Positions 40,590 to 51,278 of a stretch of DNA of 64,000 bases are shown here, piece by piece; position 1 is the stretch's first letter; the number at the start of each line of letters is the position of its first letter. The position numbers were made by a program, and so were the translations under genes. The DNA is taken from assembly GCA_963932905.1 (NCBI GenBank), contig CAWVRN010000004.1:1-64000 (forward strand), given 5' to 3'. The DNA comes from an uncultured Bdellovibrio sp. (GTDB lineage Bacteria; Bdellovibrionota; Bdellovibrionia; Bdellovibrionales; Bdellovibrionaceae). Below the pieces are notes generated by a model. That model saw nothing but the letters and a program-made list of their open reading frames with translations. It was not told the origin of the DNA and searched no databases.

Positions 40590-41204
40590 ATGAAATACTT
40601 ATTACTTTTGCTTGTTCCTATGATTTCGATGGCCAACTATTTATCAATCGGCGAATCGGGGGAACTGATCCACCCCGGATCGTATCGCGTAGGTGGCTCA
40701 CTTCAATCTTTATCGGCCGGTAACGGCGGTGTTAACGTCGGCGGATTTTTAGATGCTGGCTGGAGAGACGATTTATCAAGTCGCTTTTTGTTTGGTGTTG
40801 GCAGTGTTGAATATCAAATGGGAGCGACCTTGAAGTACATTCCTTTTCCCGATGTTGATAATCAACCCGCGCTGGGTATTCGCAGTGCGCTTTGGCTAAG
40901 CCGCTTTGATGACACCAGCGTAACGACGCTACAGTTCGCACCGATGGCCAGCAAAAAAATCAACGTTCAAAAAGGCAACTTGACCAGTTACGTTGCTGTT
41001 CCGATCAACATTGTAGCGATGAAAAATCATAACGAAACAGGAGCGCAATTTACCGTTGGTGCCGAGTACGACCACCCTGAAATTCAAAATGTATTTTTCG
41101 CAGCCGAGTTACAATTAAATTTAAATAAATCTGAATCCGGCCTATGTTTATTTGCTAGTATTCCTTTTGATAACAAATCTGGCTTCAAAAGACGGACTAA
41201 ATAG
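40590..41204 (+). CDS. Hypothetical exported beta-rich (possible outer-membrane barrel) protein
   Basis: AAGGAG RBS before ATG 40590; signal peptide; amphipathic strands. Confidence 0.65.
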   Translation: MKYLLLLLVPMISMANYLSIGESGELIHPGSYRVGGSLQSLSAGNGGVNVGGFLDAGWRDDLSSRFLFGVGSVEYQMGATLKYIPFPDVDNQPALGIRSALWLSRFDDTSVTTLQFAPMASKKINVQKGNLTSYVAVPINIVAMKNHNETGAQFTVGAEYDHPEIQNVFFAAELQLNLNKSESGLCLFASIPFDNKSGFKRRTK

Positions 41205-41212
41205 GAGTTTCT

Positions 41213-42250
41213 ATGTTCTCTTGGTTTAAAGACGATTCCACTGCTGCCGATATTTATATCGATCTTGGCACTGCAAATACAGTCATCAGTGTGCGCGGTA
41301 AAGGCGTTGTCGTTAACGAGCCTAGCATCGTTGCTCAAGTAGTTACTAGCAATCAAAAGAAAAAAATCATTGCGGTCGGCAAAGAGGCAAAAGAAATCGC
41401 CGACAAGCAAACTGGAAATATCGTAATTCAAAAGCCAATCAAAGATGGTGTTATCGCTGACTTTGATTCTGCAGAATATTTATTAAAATATTTTTTAAGC
41501 CATCCACGCGTTAAAGTCCACTACTCGTCACCAAGAGTCGTGATCTCGCTTCCTTTTGGTGTTACCGAGGTAGAAAAGAAAGCCGTCGTCACCGCATGTA
41601 AAAAAGCTGGCGCGAAAAAAGTTTTCTTAATCGACGAACCGATGGCAGCGGCCATCGGCGCCGGTTTAAAAATCAAATCACCTGTGGGATCAATGATCGT
41701 AGACATCGGCGGCGGAACAACTGAAGTCGCCGTGATTGCCTTGGCTGATATTGTATACTGCGAAGCAATTCGAGTCGGTGGACATAAAATCGATGCCGAC
41801 ATCGTTCAATACTTCCGTCGTTACAAAAATATCGTGATTCCTGAAACCCAAGCTGAGTTTTTAAAAATTTCCATTGGAACAGCAGTTCCAAAAAAAGATA
41901 TTCAAACTGCCATGATCACCGGCCGCGATGTAGATACGGGCCTGCCGACTTCGATGGAAATCACTTCGGAACAAGTGGGTTTAGCCATGAATGATTCATT
42001 GCAAGAGATCATCAATGCGATTCACAAAGCGCTAGAAAATACACCGCCAGAACTCGTATCTGATATTATCGATCAAGGTATTTGGTTGGCGGGTGGTGGT
42101 GCTTTGATTCGTGATTTTAATTTACGTATTCAAAACGAAATCAGACTGCCCGTAAATATCGCGGACTCTCCCCTAGTAGCCATCGCTAAGGGCGGCGAGA
42201 AAGTTCTGAACGACCCCACGCTACTAGAAAAAATTCAGTTAGAAATATAA
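41213..42250 (+). CDS. mreB: Rod shape-determining actin-like protein (stand-alone paralogue)
   Basis: IDLGTANT, EPMAAAIGAG, VDIGGGTTEVA, LAGGGAL; no mreC/mreD next to it. Confidence 0.95.
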   Translation: MFSWFKDDSTAADIYIDLGTANTVISVRGKGVVVNEPSIVAQVVTSNQKKKIIAVGKEAKEIADKQTGNIVIQKPIKDGVIADFDSAEYLLKYFLSHPRVKVHYSSPRVVISLPFGVTEVEKKAVVTACKKAGAKKVFLIDEPMAAAIGAGLKIKSPVGSMIVDIGGGTTEVAVIALADIVYCEAIRVGGHKIDADIVQYFRRYKNIVIPETQAEFLKISIGTAVPKKDIQTAMITGRDVDTGLPTSMEITSEQVGLAMNDSLQEIINAIHKALENTPPELVSDIIDQGIWLAGGGALIRDFNLRIQNEIRLPVNIADSPLVAIAKGGEKVLNDPTLLEKIQLEI

Positions 42251-42260
42251 ACCGACAAAA

Positions 42261-43442
42261 TTAAAATGAGCGCTTTTTCAATTCACCTTGAATGATTGAA
42301 AAAGCCTCTTTCGGCTGATTTTCCACATTCCTGATCCCCAAACTTCGAATATATTCTACGAAACTCATATTTCCCGTTAATCCATACGTAGCCGCTGTTT
42401 CGTTTGCTTTACTGGACGTCGTATCCATCATTCTTAGTATAGATAAACTAGGTATAGCAGAAGAATGTTTGTCCCAGGCCTTAAATACTTCACAGAAAAA
42501 TTCCGCCTGTCTTTGATCACTACCGTTCAAGGCCGTTGATGTGGGATAGCCGACCTCTTCGATATGTATGGGTTTCGAAGTAAACGCGGCAAGTGAATCA
42601 AATACACCCGCTACCTGCGAATTTGACTTCACGGTAAAATCTGAATTCAATGGATAATAAGTAATGCCAACGAAATCAATTTTAGTACTTTGCAACCATC
42701 CAGTAAAAATATCAGGAGCCGGCGTATTTCCAAATGTAGGTATCAACAAACTGCGATCGGTAGCTCCGCGATAGGTAATCACAAACCCAAGCTTCAGGCC
42801 ACTATAGGCACCATTTGAATTTAGAAAATCCTTAATGCCTTCTAAAAACGTGACGTAGTCAGGTAACCAGAAATTCGTATCACCTCCTGGATTATAGCCG
42901 TCAATTTCATTACCCACTACAAGCCTGGTCACATTCTGAGGGCTCAAGTGTTGAAACACGTAAGTTAGCATTTGGTTATATCGAGTTATCATGTTGGCGT
43001 GATTAAAACGAAGTGCAACTAAATCACTGGGTACTGATTTTCCTGGAACATCGACCGGATGTATTCTGAGTGTGACTTTCAATCCCGAAGCTGACGCCGT
43101 CGCATTCAAAGCATCTAGATACGCCGTATACGTCGAAGAAAATACCCCGGACGAAGCCCCGCTTCCCGCCCCTTCCAAATCATTCCAATTCAAGTGAAAT
43201 GTCTGAAACTGGGCTCCCATATTTTTTAGCGTTGTTAAACTCTGACTATAAATTCCAGATTTAGGTTCATACAATATATCCATTCCAAACTGACGCTGCC
43301 CTTTAGTCAAAGGAATGGACTGGCATTGATAGGGAGCCGTCCCATTTGCTACTTCATCAGCGGGGGCAGCTAAATCTCCCGAAGAACCTCCCGAACATGA
43401 AATCAAAGAAAGCAGACTAAATAAGACAATTAGACATTTCAT
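42261..43442 (-). CDS. Lipoprotein glycoside hydrolase, clan GH-A-like TIM barrel
   Basis: Lipobox LISC; GNE acid/base and EEVGYP nucleophile-like motifs. Confidence 0.7.
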   Translation of the reverse strand: MKCLIVLFSLLSLISCSGGSSGDLAAPADEVANGTAPYQCQSIPLTKGQRQFGMDILYEPKSGIYSQSLTTLKNMGAQFQTFHLNWNDLEGAGSGASSGVFSSTYTAYLDALNATASASGLKVTLRIHPVDVPGKSVPSDLVALRFNHANMITRYNQMLTYVFQHLSPQNVTRLVVGNEIDGYNPGGDTNFWLPDYVTFLEGIKDFLNSNGAYSGLKLGFVITYRGATDRSLLIPTFGNTPAPDIFTGWLQSTKIDFVGITYYPLNSDFTVKSNSQVAGVFDSLAAFTSKPIHIEEVGYPTSTALNGSDQRQAEFFCEVFKAWDKHSSAIPSLSILRMMDTTSSKANETAATYGLTGNMSFVEYIRSLGIRNVENQPKEAFSIIQGELKKRSF

Positions 43443-43536
43443 AAACGATTCCTCGCTTTAATATAAAACGTTCGAGCGAAATGAAGTGTGCCAAAATTTT
43501 TATGGTATCTAGTCTCAAAACAGGACACTCGAGTTT

Positions 43537-43795
43537 AGAACTGGCTCCTTAGCTTGCGGCTACGAAGCTAAATTCTATTGGAAAGACAGTTGTTTAGTTG
43601 AAATTTAAAAGCGCTGTCTTGAAACAGTTTTTCAAAAAAAACTATTATCCGAATTAATTCGTAATACATTCGAGTTTCGATCCCTCAAAAAAGCGAGCGT
43701 GTTGAATCTTTCTGGATTTTAGATAGCACGTTTTAAATTCACTTGATTTGACGATATTTTACTTGGCCTTAGCCGCAGGCTAAGGGGCCAGTTCA
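43537..43795. mobile_element. MITE/REPIN-like element, copy 1
   Basis: Ends GAACTGGCTCCTTAGC / GCTAAGGGGCCAGTTC (15/16 inverted); near-identical to 51927-52188. Confidence 0.85.
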
Positions 43796-44958
43796 TAATA
43801 AATGGGGCAGAACGGTTGATAGGGTTCAAGCCCCCATCGCTGCAACATATTGGCGTTTGGGTCGGATATGATTTTCCCGTCTTCCATAGCTTTAAATATC
43901 TCGGCCAATCTTAAAAACGGCTTAGCAGGCAAACTCGTTTCCACAGTGCAATCGTTGTCAGGAATTTCCATCAAAAATGTAGATAGTAAACTTTTCTTCG
44001 CTTCTTGCTGAGTTAAAGCCCATACGGGTGATTTAGTCATATTCTTTAGCTCAACAAAATACTTCTTTAATTTTTCATCCCGAATGTAAGTGCTGTAGAC
44101 ATCAAACGCAGCGGCACCAAAACATGAATTCCCAATTTTGTTTTTCGCCACAAACGCATCGGCAACCAACACCGCTCTTTCACGCGAGAAGAAGCACAAA
44201 TTTCCTTTAATGCGAGTGATGCGATGATCAAATGGCTCTGTTTTGATTTGCAATTTTTGAATCATTTTTTCTTGATAGGCAATAAAGTCACCTTTAGCGG
44301 ACTCGCCGATTTTATACTGTTCTAAAGAACTAGGTTGTTGAGTATTCTTCCGACCAGTCTTAAATGCGCGGAAACCATCAGAATACTTTTTAGAATCCTG
44401 AGGAATATAAAATGGAAAACCATAGTGATTAAATAGCAAACGCTGTTCACGAGGAACCGTAGAGCTTAATGTTTTGGTAATGCCGTACTGATCTAGCCCT
44501 GTAATTTGATACGAATGAATACCAGGACTGACGTAGACAATACCGGCCCTGATTGCCTCTCGATTGATATCGATTGGATAAGTATCACGGCTTAAGGTTT
44601 GCGTGTCCGTGACATCAAACACATAATTTAAATAAGCGCGGAAGCGCGCCACCGGATCAGCAATGTGATCAAACGATGACATAGTTTGATCAATCTTAAC
44701 GCCATCATAGCGATGAAAATCGACTGGTAAATTATTTTGAAAGGCATAGAAGGCACGCATCGCATAAGAGGCATCTGCACAATCAGTTTTTAAGCCAAAT
44801 AACGCACTCTCAGGATTCGTAAACACATCATTCGTCCAAGACCGACTGACCCAGTCAGAATACGCCTGTTCTGTACCATCGTCCCAATCGACTTTAGCGG
44901 TCCAAACCGCCGCGGGTAATTGCAATCCTAAAAAAAGAATAACGAATATCCATTTCAC
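43780..44958 (-). CDS. Secreted protein with a possible Cys-His catalytic dyad
   Basis: GTGA overlap start; signal peptide; TDCADA and GIHS motifs; last codons and stop come from the MITE end. Confidence 0.7.
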   Translation of the reverse strand: MKWIFVILFLGLQLPAAVWTAKVDWDDGTEQAYSDWVSRSWTNDVFTNPESALFGLKTDCADASYAMRAFYAFQNNLPVDFHRYDGVKIDQTMSSFDHIADPVARFRAYLNYVFDVTDTQTLSRDTYPIDINREAIRAGIVYVSPGIHSYQITGLDQYGITKTLSSTVPREQRLLFNHYGFPFYIPQDSKKYSDGFRAFKTGRKNTQQPSSLEQYKIGESAKGDFIAYQEKMIQKLQIKTEPFDHRITRIKGNLCFFSRERAVLVADAFVAKNKIGNSCFGAAAFDVYSTYIRDEKLKKYFVELKNMTKSPVWALTQQEAKKSLLSTFLMEIPDNDCTVETSLPAKPFLRLAEIFKAMEDGKIISDPNANMLQRWGLEPYQPFCPIYYELAP

Positions 44959-45533
44959 TGGGCAATCTCGGCGTTCCATTTAGTTTGATACGTGATTTGG
45001 CCGTAAACGCCTTTACAAATATACAGGACAGGATTTAGCTCTGAATCCACAAGGAGAAACGCTTTTTGAGTTTCCGTTGGACAACTACTTAAGAAACGCG
45101 CTCTTGCATTTTCATATTTTTCATCTGACTGAGTATCTTCAAACAAATTCAAAATCGCATTTTCATCGATCAGGCGTAGTTCACTTTTTTTGATACGGCT
45201 AAAAACTTCGGTCCAATCCAGGTTATTTGGAGCCAGCGTGAATAGTTTCGAAAAATCATTGAACAAGGCAAATACGTTTAAGTTTCTAGACGTCACGCAG
45301 CCTTCACACGAATCAGAATTCACAAGGCAAGAATCAGCGCCGCAGTAGTTTTGACACAAACTATTGTGTTCTGCGCGGCAGGTGACAAAGTAGCCAACAT
45401 TCAAATCGCCATTCTCGTTAAAAGATTTTTTCGAAAACGTATAAGGAACGCCGCCATAATTAGTATCTAGTTTCAAAGTTATTCCTGCGAATGAATAGAC
45501 GCCGGCAAGTAACATCATCATTAGATACTTCAT
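44955..45533 (-). CDS. Hypothetical Cys-rich secreted protein
   Basis: Signal peptide; eight Cys; ATGA-coupled to the upstream gene. Confidence 0.75.
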   Translation of the reverse strand: MKYLMMMLLAGVYSFAGITLKLDTNYGGVPYTFSKKSFNENGDLNVGYFVTCRAEHNSLCQNYCGADSCLVNSDSCEGCVTSRNLNVFALFNDFSKLFTLAPNNLDWTEVFSRIKKSELRLIDENAILNLFEDTQSDEKYENARARFLSSCPTETQKAFLLVDSELNPVLYICKGVYGQITYQTKWNAEIAQ

Positions 45534-48055
45534 TTGGCGCTCCGAGCGCAGCTAGGTAGTTTTTTAGGAATACCGACAGAGGTTGGTTTTTTACCTTTTT
45601 GACAAGTGATTGGAATACGCGTTTCGCGCTCACACCCTTCAAATTTCACCCAAGCATCAGTGTACGATTCATTATGCGAAAAGCCTTCGTCATTCGAATT
45701 CCAAAGGCTTCCGTCTTTAACTTTAGCGCCTGTTTTGTTTTCTAGTTCTGAAATTGTGTATGACAAGCAAATATTTTCCATACACTTGGCCCCGTTCATC
45801 AATTCATACATGCAGGAATCCGGAATCGAATTATATTTAACATAGGCATCTTTAACGTACTCTGGATTTACTTTTAATTCGATCGGCTGATTGATCGGAT
45901 TTTCATCGTCTTTAAAGTGACTGACTAAACTGGCGAAAAAACGAATTCCGAAACGAAAGATATTGTAATGATTTGTCACTGCGGTGATAGCTACTTCTTC
46001 AAAGTTCAGCATACACGCACCACACGCTGCCATTTCTTTAGACTGGTTCGTTTGTAGTTCTAGATTATTAGAAACCATCTGACCATCAGCATTTCGGATA
46101 CAACCTTGGAACGTGATGCCTTTGAATAACAATCCCATGTTGGGCGGTTTGATCTTGCTGGCATTCGATACGCTAACATAGCACGGAGCTTTTGCTAGCT
46201 GACCTAAATCTAAGAATACCGTGGTCGACATAGTCTTTTGATCAAACTGTGGATCAAATTTGATTTTTCCATTTTCATACAACTGTGAAAAGCTAACTAG
46301 TTTTTTTGTGTCGAAATCTAAATCCAGGTAAATCGGAAGCATCGTTACGCCCGAAATAACCGAGCTCACTAAATCAGACACTAGGTTTTTCTTGCGAAGC
46401 TGGCTTTGCTGCCAGGGATCGAACAGACCGCAGGCCACATCGGCGCCTAAATAATTTTGCGACACAGTTTCGTTCGCGGACTGGTTTCTAGAAACACCTT
46501 TGTAAAGTGCCACTTGATAGACGTTGACCATGTCTTCCATGATATTACGCGTACAATCAACCGTTGTCGTACAAACCACATCCTCTTTTAAACGCACGTA
46601 AGCATCGCGGCTGGAATACGGGATCTGCGATGAAACTCCGGATGCATCTTGGAACTCAATAGGTAAGGCGTATTGAGTGATCGTCTGGAACCATTTTCTA
46701 GACGGAGCGGGATCGCCTATATCGAACGAATTCGTCGACATCATTTTGGTTTTCAAAATATTTTCCACGCGCTCGCAGTAAGGCGCTAACGATTGAACGT
46801 ACGTTAAGCCTTTAAAAAATAAATCTTCTGGACGTTGATTTAACGCGCTGACTTCATTCAATCCAGAAACTTGGAATTTAGAAATCGAAATCTCTCTAGC
46901 AAATGGACTCAAATCTGGACGTACGATTTTATTTACTTCCGCACACAACGTGTAGACTTCAGGTTTAAGGTTCGCCTCATTGAACGAAGGTGCTAAATCT
47001 TTTAGCAACTGATTCGCATTTTTTTGATTAAAAATAACAGCTAGATTCCGAATTGATTTGTACAATTGAAAATTCGATTGATGACGAATTTTCATCAATG
47101 ACATTAATTCCGCGCGGGTGTTTGTATTTGTAGATGATTTTTGTTCTGGCGGGCGCAGACGCTCATCAAATGTACTTAACTGCCCTTTCATTATTTCATT
47201 CGCCATCAAATACGAACTTTGAAAGCTACCTTTACGCAGCGTCGTTTTTAGCTGCGAGACATTTAAAAAATCAGTGTCGCACTCCGGACGACTGATAGAA
47301 TAACAACCATCAGCCATCAAAGTTACAATTTCATCCACCGCAAAACTGCGTACGATTTCTTGGTTTTGCAAAACGGGATGAGTCCACTTCTGTGCCCAGA
47401 ACAGACTTAAGTAAATCTTAAATGATCTCCAAAATTCAAAACCAGTTTGTTGCCAATTGGCGGTATCTTTCAGATCAAATTTCAAAACTACGTCGGGATT
47501 ATTTTTAGTTTCACCCAAAAAAATCTTTTCGCAGTTATCGATATAGGATCCTTTATCCAAGTACGCTATGGCAAGCTCTTCAAGGTCATTCGCGTTTGGT
47601 GTTTTAGTAGAAAACAACATGGGTAGAGATTTCTTAACCCAGGTACATTGAACCTGTGATTTTTCGGGCGAAACCTGACTAATTTTGTGCTTGTACTGCA
47701 AAATTAGATTTTTATATTCCGGACAGTTTAATGTTTGGCCACAAAATTTAAGCTGAGCTTCAGAAATGATCGGAAGTTCACCTGCCAGCATCAATTCCAT
47801 GATTCGTTTTGAAAGGAAAAAACTACGCGCATGCAGCTGCTGCCAAGTCTTTGTAACCAGCTCTAGATTGTCTATTCCGGCTTCACGTGCCCATTTTGTG
47901 GCAGCACGCCCCGAAGCAAATCCATCCACAAACATATAGGCACTTTTCGTAGGAATGATGGACTGGCGAGCGCATAAATTTGGACTCGAGAAATATAAAT
48001 TGCTGTCAGCAAGGAGGATCAAAGGAAGAAATATCAACATAAACAACGACTTCAT
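45530..48055 (-). CDS. Large hypothetical Cys-rich secreted protein
   Basis: 841 aa; AAGGAGG RBS; signal peptide; many paired Cys. Confidence 0.8.
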   Translation of the reverse strand: MKSLFMLIFLPLILLADSNLYFSSPNLCARQSIIPTKSAYMFVDGFASGRAATKWAREAGIDNLELVTKTWQQLHARSFFLSKRIMELMLAGELPIISEAQLKFCGQTLNCPEYKNLILQYKHKISQVSPEKSQVQCTWVKKSLPMLFSTKTPNANDLEELAIAYLDKGSYIDNCEKIFLGETKNNPDVVLKFDLKDTANWQQTGFEFWRSFKIYLSLFWAQKWTHPVLQNQEIVRSFAVDEIVTLMADGCYSISRPECDTDFLNVSQLKTTLRKGSFQSSYLMANEIMKGQLSTFDERLRPPEQKSSTNTNTRAELMSLMKIRHQSNFQLYKSIRNLAVIFNQKNANQLLKDLAPSFNEANLKPEVYTLCAEVNKIVRPDLSPFAREISISKFQVSGLNEVSALNQRPEDLFFKGLTYVQSLAPYCERVENILKTKMMSTNSFDIGDPAPSRKWFQTITQYALPIEFQDASGVSSQIPYSSRDAYVRLKEDVVCTTTVDCTRNIMEDMVNVYQVALYKGVSRNQSANETVSQNYLGADVACGLFDPWQQSQLRKKNLVSDLVSSVISGVTMLPIYLDLDFDTKKLVSFSQLYENGKIKFDPQFDQKTMSTTVFLDLGQLAKAPCYVSVSNASKIKPPNMGLLFKGITFQGCIRNADGQMVSNNLELQTNQSKEMAACGACMLNFEEVAITAVTNHYNIFRFGIRFFASLVSHFKDDENPINQPIELKVNPEYVKDAYVKYNSIPDSCMYELMNGAKCMENICLSYTISELENKTGAKVKDGSLWNSNDEGFSHNESYTDAWVKFEGCERETRIPITCQKGKKPTSVGIPKKLPSCARSAK

Positions 48056-48086
48056 ATTCCTCCTTTCAAAAGGCTTAAAAAAACAA

Positions 48087-48644
48087 CTAGTTATTTAAAC
48101 GCTGGCCGCAATTGTTTTGGCTAGGTTTGACTGTAGCCAGTACAGCCAAAGCTGTTTTAACCGCGTCCGGAGTCGGCATGTCTTCGCCCTTTTTCCAAGC
48201 TGCAAAAACCTTGCTCACGTACTCTTGCGAAGCCATCAAATGTTGGTAGGTTTCGATCACACGGTAAGTGCCTTCTGGAACGTAGCGGATACATTTGAAG
48301 TTATAGTATGTAAATGTGATTGCTAAACCGTAGTATTGTTCCGAGCTTGAACCACTATAGATATTGATGCCACCGCCATTTGTCCCGTAGTTAGGGCCTT
48401 CGCCAGCGCCAATAGAAACTTTTGGTTCGAAACCTTTCCCCTCATCTATGAAAAGAGCGCAGCCATTGACTGCGTCACATTTCATTTTCACGCCTTCAGT
48501 CACTTTTTGTTCCACTTTAGCGACTGTGCCTAAAGCAGGAGTTGAGGATTGCGAATCACCTAACGTATCGGCACCCAGTGCATCTAACCCAGACGATTGT
48601 GCAAAAGCCGCTGTTGTAATCAAAAGCGCTAACAGAGTTTTCAT
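48087..48644 (-). CDS. Hypothetical secreted protein
   Basis: AAGGAG RBS; signal peptide ending AFA. Confidence 0.8.
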   Translation of the reverse strand: MKTLLALLITTAAFAQSSGLDALGADTLGDSQSSTPALGTVAKVEQKVTEGVKMKCDAVNGCALFIDEGKGFEPKVSIGAGEGPNYGTNGGGINIYSGSSSEQYYGLAITFTYYNFKCIRYVPEGTYRVIETYQHLMASQEYVSKVFAAWKKGEDMPTPDAVKTALAVLATVKPSQNNCGQRLNN

Positions 48645-48654
48645 TGTGGTCTCC

Positions 48655-50202
48655 TTAAAAACATTTTATTCGGCTCATTTCACTGAGATCCGATTTATTA
48701 ATTTGATTCTTAAAATTACGTTTATAAATTTGAATTGGTTTAATCTTTGTACCGATTTCAGCTTCTTCAACCACGAAAGAAACGCGGATTTCAGGCATTT
48801 CATCAATTTCATCAAAATTACGGCACTCACCGTTTAGGCAGTACGCGCGGTAATTAACTGGACTCAATGGAATCATCGCAAACGCTGTTGTTTTTGGATC
48901 GGCCCAGGCTTGATCAAGCTCTGGAAGAACTTTGATATCAGAGATACCGGCAAGAGGTTTTAATTCATCGATCTTGTCGTCGTTCTTAGCTAAATTCGTA
49001 GGCACTGGGTTTGCTTTTCTGTATTTCTTCAGCTGTTCTGTGAAAAAATCCACGAAACGCTGAGGACCACGATTTGGGGATAGTAATTCAGTTTTTAAAA
49101 CCAAAATATCGCCGACTTCAATTTTGGTCGCATTTTCATTTAAAACAAATGAATCAAACGCAGGACCAAAGTTAAATGTTTCTGATAAACCATCCACACC
49201 CATCCATGAGGCCGGAATATTCGCGCCCGAATACCATGACCTTAAAATCACAGGCGTCGCGTAATTTCCATTTTTCACCAAATATAACGAATGATTTAAA
49301 ACGAACGGGCTTTTTTGTTTTGAGAAATTCTTAACCATGTATTCAGATTTCACTCGTAATTGAGTGTGTTTTGAACCAACTAGTGACAAGTTTAAGAAAT
49401 CAAAATCAAATTCGTACTTGCCCGATTTTCTAACTGAATACAGCTGATCACCTAACTTATAACGTGGATCTTCGCTAGTACCATTTTCAAATACGAACTC
49501 TAGTTTTTTATCTAAAATCAATTCCGGAGGTGCTGTATTTTTCTTATCCCTAGCAATCGAAGACGTTCTTAATCGCAAATTTAGGTCCGTCAAATTGGCA
49601 GACGATTTACATGAGTTTAAAACAACCCATTCTACTTTTAAGCTTAGCAATCCCTGGCCTGATACACGGCAGTTTTCACCTTTTAGAAGAAGATTAGAAT
49701 TGGATTTTTTTAAAACCACTTGGCAGTTTAAAGACGAATCTACATTGATTGGTTTTTCACTTGTTTCTTGGACACTCATGCCGATACAAGAATCCGCTAA
49801 CGCCACTAAGGACGCCGTTTGACTACTTGGATCTGTGAATTTGTCATGAGATTGATTACTGGCCGTTATCGCCGCCGAAGGATCTGAATTCAAAGATTCT
49901 ATTTGACAGCTTCGTTTTGTCGTCGCCGTTTGAGTCATCCACGATTCCGTAGAAAAATTCTGTGGTGATGGCAGCTCAACAGTTTTTGAAAGCACTACAT
50001 CTTGAGCGCAGTTCTTTAATTCATACGCGCCGATATTATATTTAGTTAACTTATCATTCAGCGCGTAGAATATTTTCGCATTACGTTTGTTTTCAGCTTC
50101 GACTTGGCAAGCGCCAGCCGTTTGAGCATGAAAATACCCAACTAAGATAATCGCACTTAATACTGTCGATCTCAATGTAGGTATTTTCATCGAATGGCTC
50201 AT
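48655..50202 (-). CDS. Hypothetical secreted beta-rich protein
   Basis: Start placed at ATG 50202 (or 50190); signal peptide; Cys pairs. Confidence 0.75.
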   Translation of the reverse strand: MSHSMKIPTLRSTVLSAIILVGYFHAQTAGACQVEAENKRNAKIFYALNDKLTKYNIGAYELKNCAQDVVLSKTVELPSPQNFSTESWMTQTATTKRSCQIESLNSDPSAAITASNQSHDKFTDPSSQTASLVALADSCIGMSVQETSEKPINVDSSLNCQVVLKKSNSNLLLKGENCRVSGQGLLSLKVEWVVLNSCKSSANLTDLNLRLRTSSIARDKKNTAPPELILDKKLEFVFENGTSEDPRYKLGDQLYSVRKSGKYEFDFDFLNLSLVGSKHTQLRVKSEYMVKNFSKQKSPFVLNHSLYLVKNGNYATPVILRSWYSGANIPASWMGVDGLSETFNFGPAFDSFVLNENATKIEVGDILVLKTELLSPNRGPQRFVDFFTEQLKKYRKANPVPTNLAKNDDKIDELKPLAGISDIKVLPELDQAWADPKTTAFAMIPLSPVNYRAYCLNGECRNFDEIDEMPEIRVSFVVEEAEIGTKIKPIQIYKRNFKNQINKSDLSEMSRIKCF

Positions 50203-50221
50203 TTTATCTCTGTTCCTATAC

Positions 50222-51166
50222 TTAGTCTTGAGATGGATCGCTGATTTTAGTGTAAGTACAAACTTCTGCGCCTTCACCTTGGTTATCACGTTTTAAAGGT
50301 AAAGCTGTTTTCCAGTTAGTTTCACGGAAGATGTAACGTACTTTACAGAACTTAGGATCAATAGTTGAACCATGAGACACTGTTTGAGCTGATGCACGTA
50401 AAGACGCTTCCGCCGAAGAATTGTAGAATGTTGCGCCCGACACTGGACCTGATGGAACACCCGTTGTACCGTTGATTACGAAATCAGATGTAGCCGACGA
50501 AGTACCGCAAACGACGTGACGTTCAACAGTTAAACCTGCTTTTTCTGTGTAGATTTCCCCAACTACGTTGAAATCTAAACCATTACGATTGTTATCAAAT
50601 GAACCATAACCTAATAAGTCAGTTACTAAGAACGGAATAGCTGATGCTTCAGATGACAATACGAAGTATCCACCACCATTTGGAATTTGCGTTCCACGGT
50701 AGCAAATATCAATAAAATATGAACCGGTGTAAGCTTCCGTCATAAAGTGAGTCGCCACGTCAGAGATTTCTCTGTTCCATGAATCTGCTGAAGAAAATAC
50801 TGCTTCGAATTTTGGACCAGCTGCGTTTTTAGTAAACGGAACTGCTGCGGCTGCCGAATTGTATGTTTTGTATTTCAATAACAATTTATTCACGTACGTT
50901 TCGCCTTGGCCACCTTTATCGATACAAATACAGTTTGTGTTACAGTTTTCTTTAGCTGTCGAGCAGCTCGTCGGTGTACAAAAGTTTTTTGTGCCTTTGA
51001 AATAGCAAACCGAATTCTGCATGAATGCCGAGGCCACGCCTGCATTACATGCATAGATGTCTGGACCGCTTGAAAAGATTTTTGATTTAAATCTTAGCGA
51101 GATTGCGTTGGCTTGAACTAGTCCAAGCAATAAAGTCATAATAACAATAAAATTCATTTTTCCCAT
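50222..51166 (-). CDS. Hypothetical Cys-rich secreted protein, first gene of the operon
   Basis: AAGGAG RBS; signal peptide ending ANA; codon usage rich in CGT/TTC/TAC/AAC/GGT. Confidence 0.85.
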   Translation of the reverse strand: MGKMNFIVIMTLLLGLVQANAISLRFKSKIFSSGPDIYACNAGVASAFMQNSVCYFKGTKNFCTPTSCSTAKENCNTNCICIDKGGQGETYVNKLLLKYKTYNSAAAAVPFTKNAAGPKFEAVFSSADSWNREISDVATHFMTEAYTGSYFIDICYRGTQIPNGGGYFVLSSEASAIPFLVTDLLGYGSFDNNRNGLDFNVVGEIYTEKAGLTVERHVVCGTSSATSDFVINGTTGVPSGPVSGATFYNSSAEASLRASAQTVSHGSTIDPKFCKVRYIFRETNWKTALPLKRDNQGEGAEVCTYTKISDPSQD

Positions 51167-51278
51167 TTGGGCTCCTTAAAGTGTTTGGTTAAAAATGTTG
51201 GGCTAGTTATGACAAAATTATTGAACGACTTCAATACATAGATATCGAAAGACCAATTTATACATGGTGTGACCAATT

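Noticed and set aside
43478..43493. TGGCAC upstream of the glycoside hydrolase as a sigma54 site
   Set aside because: No correctly spaced -12 TTGC
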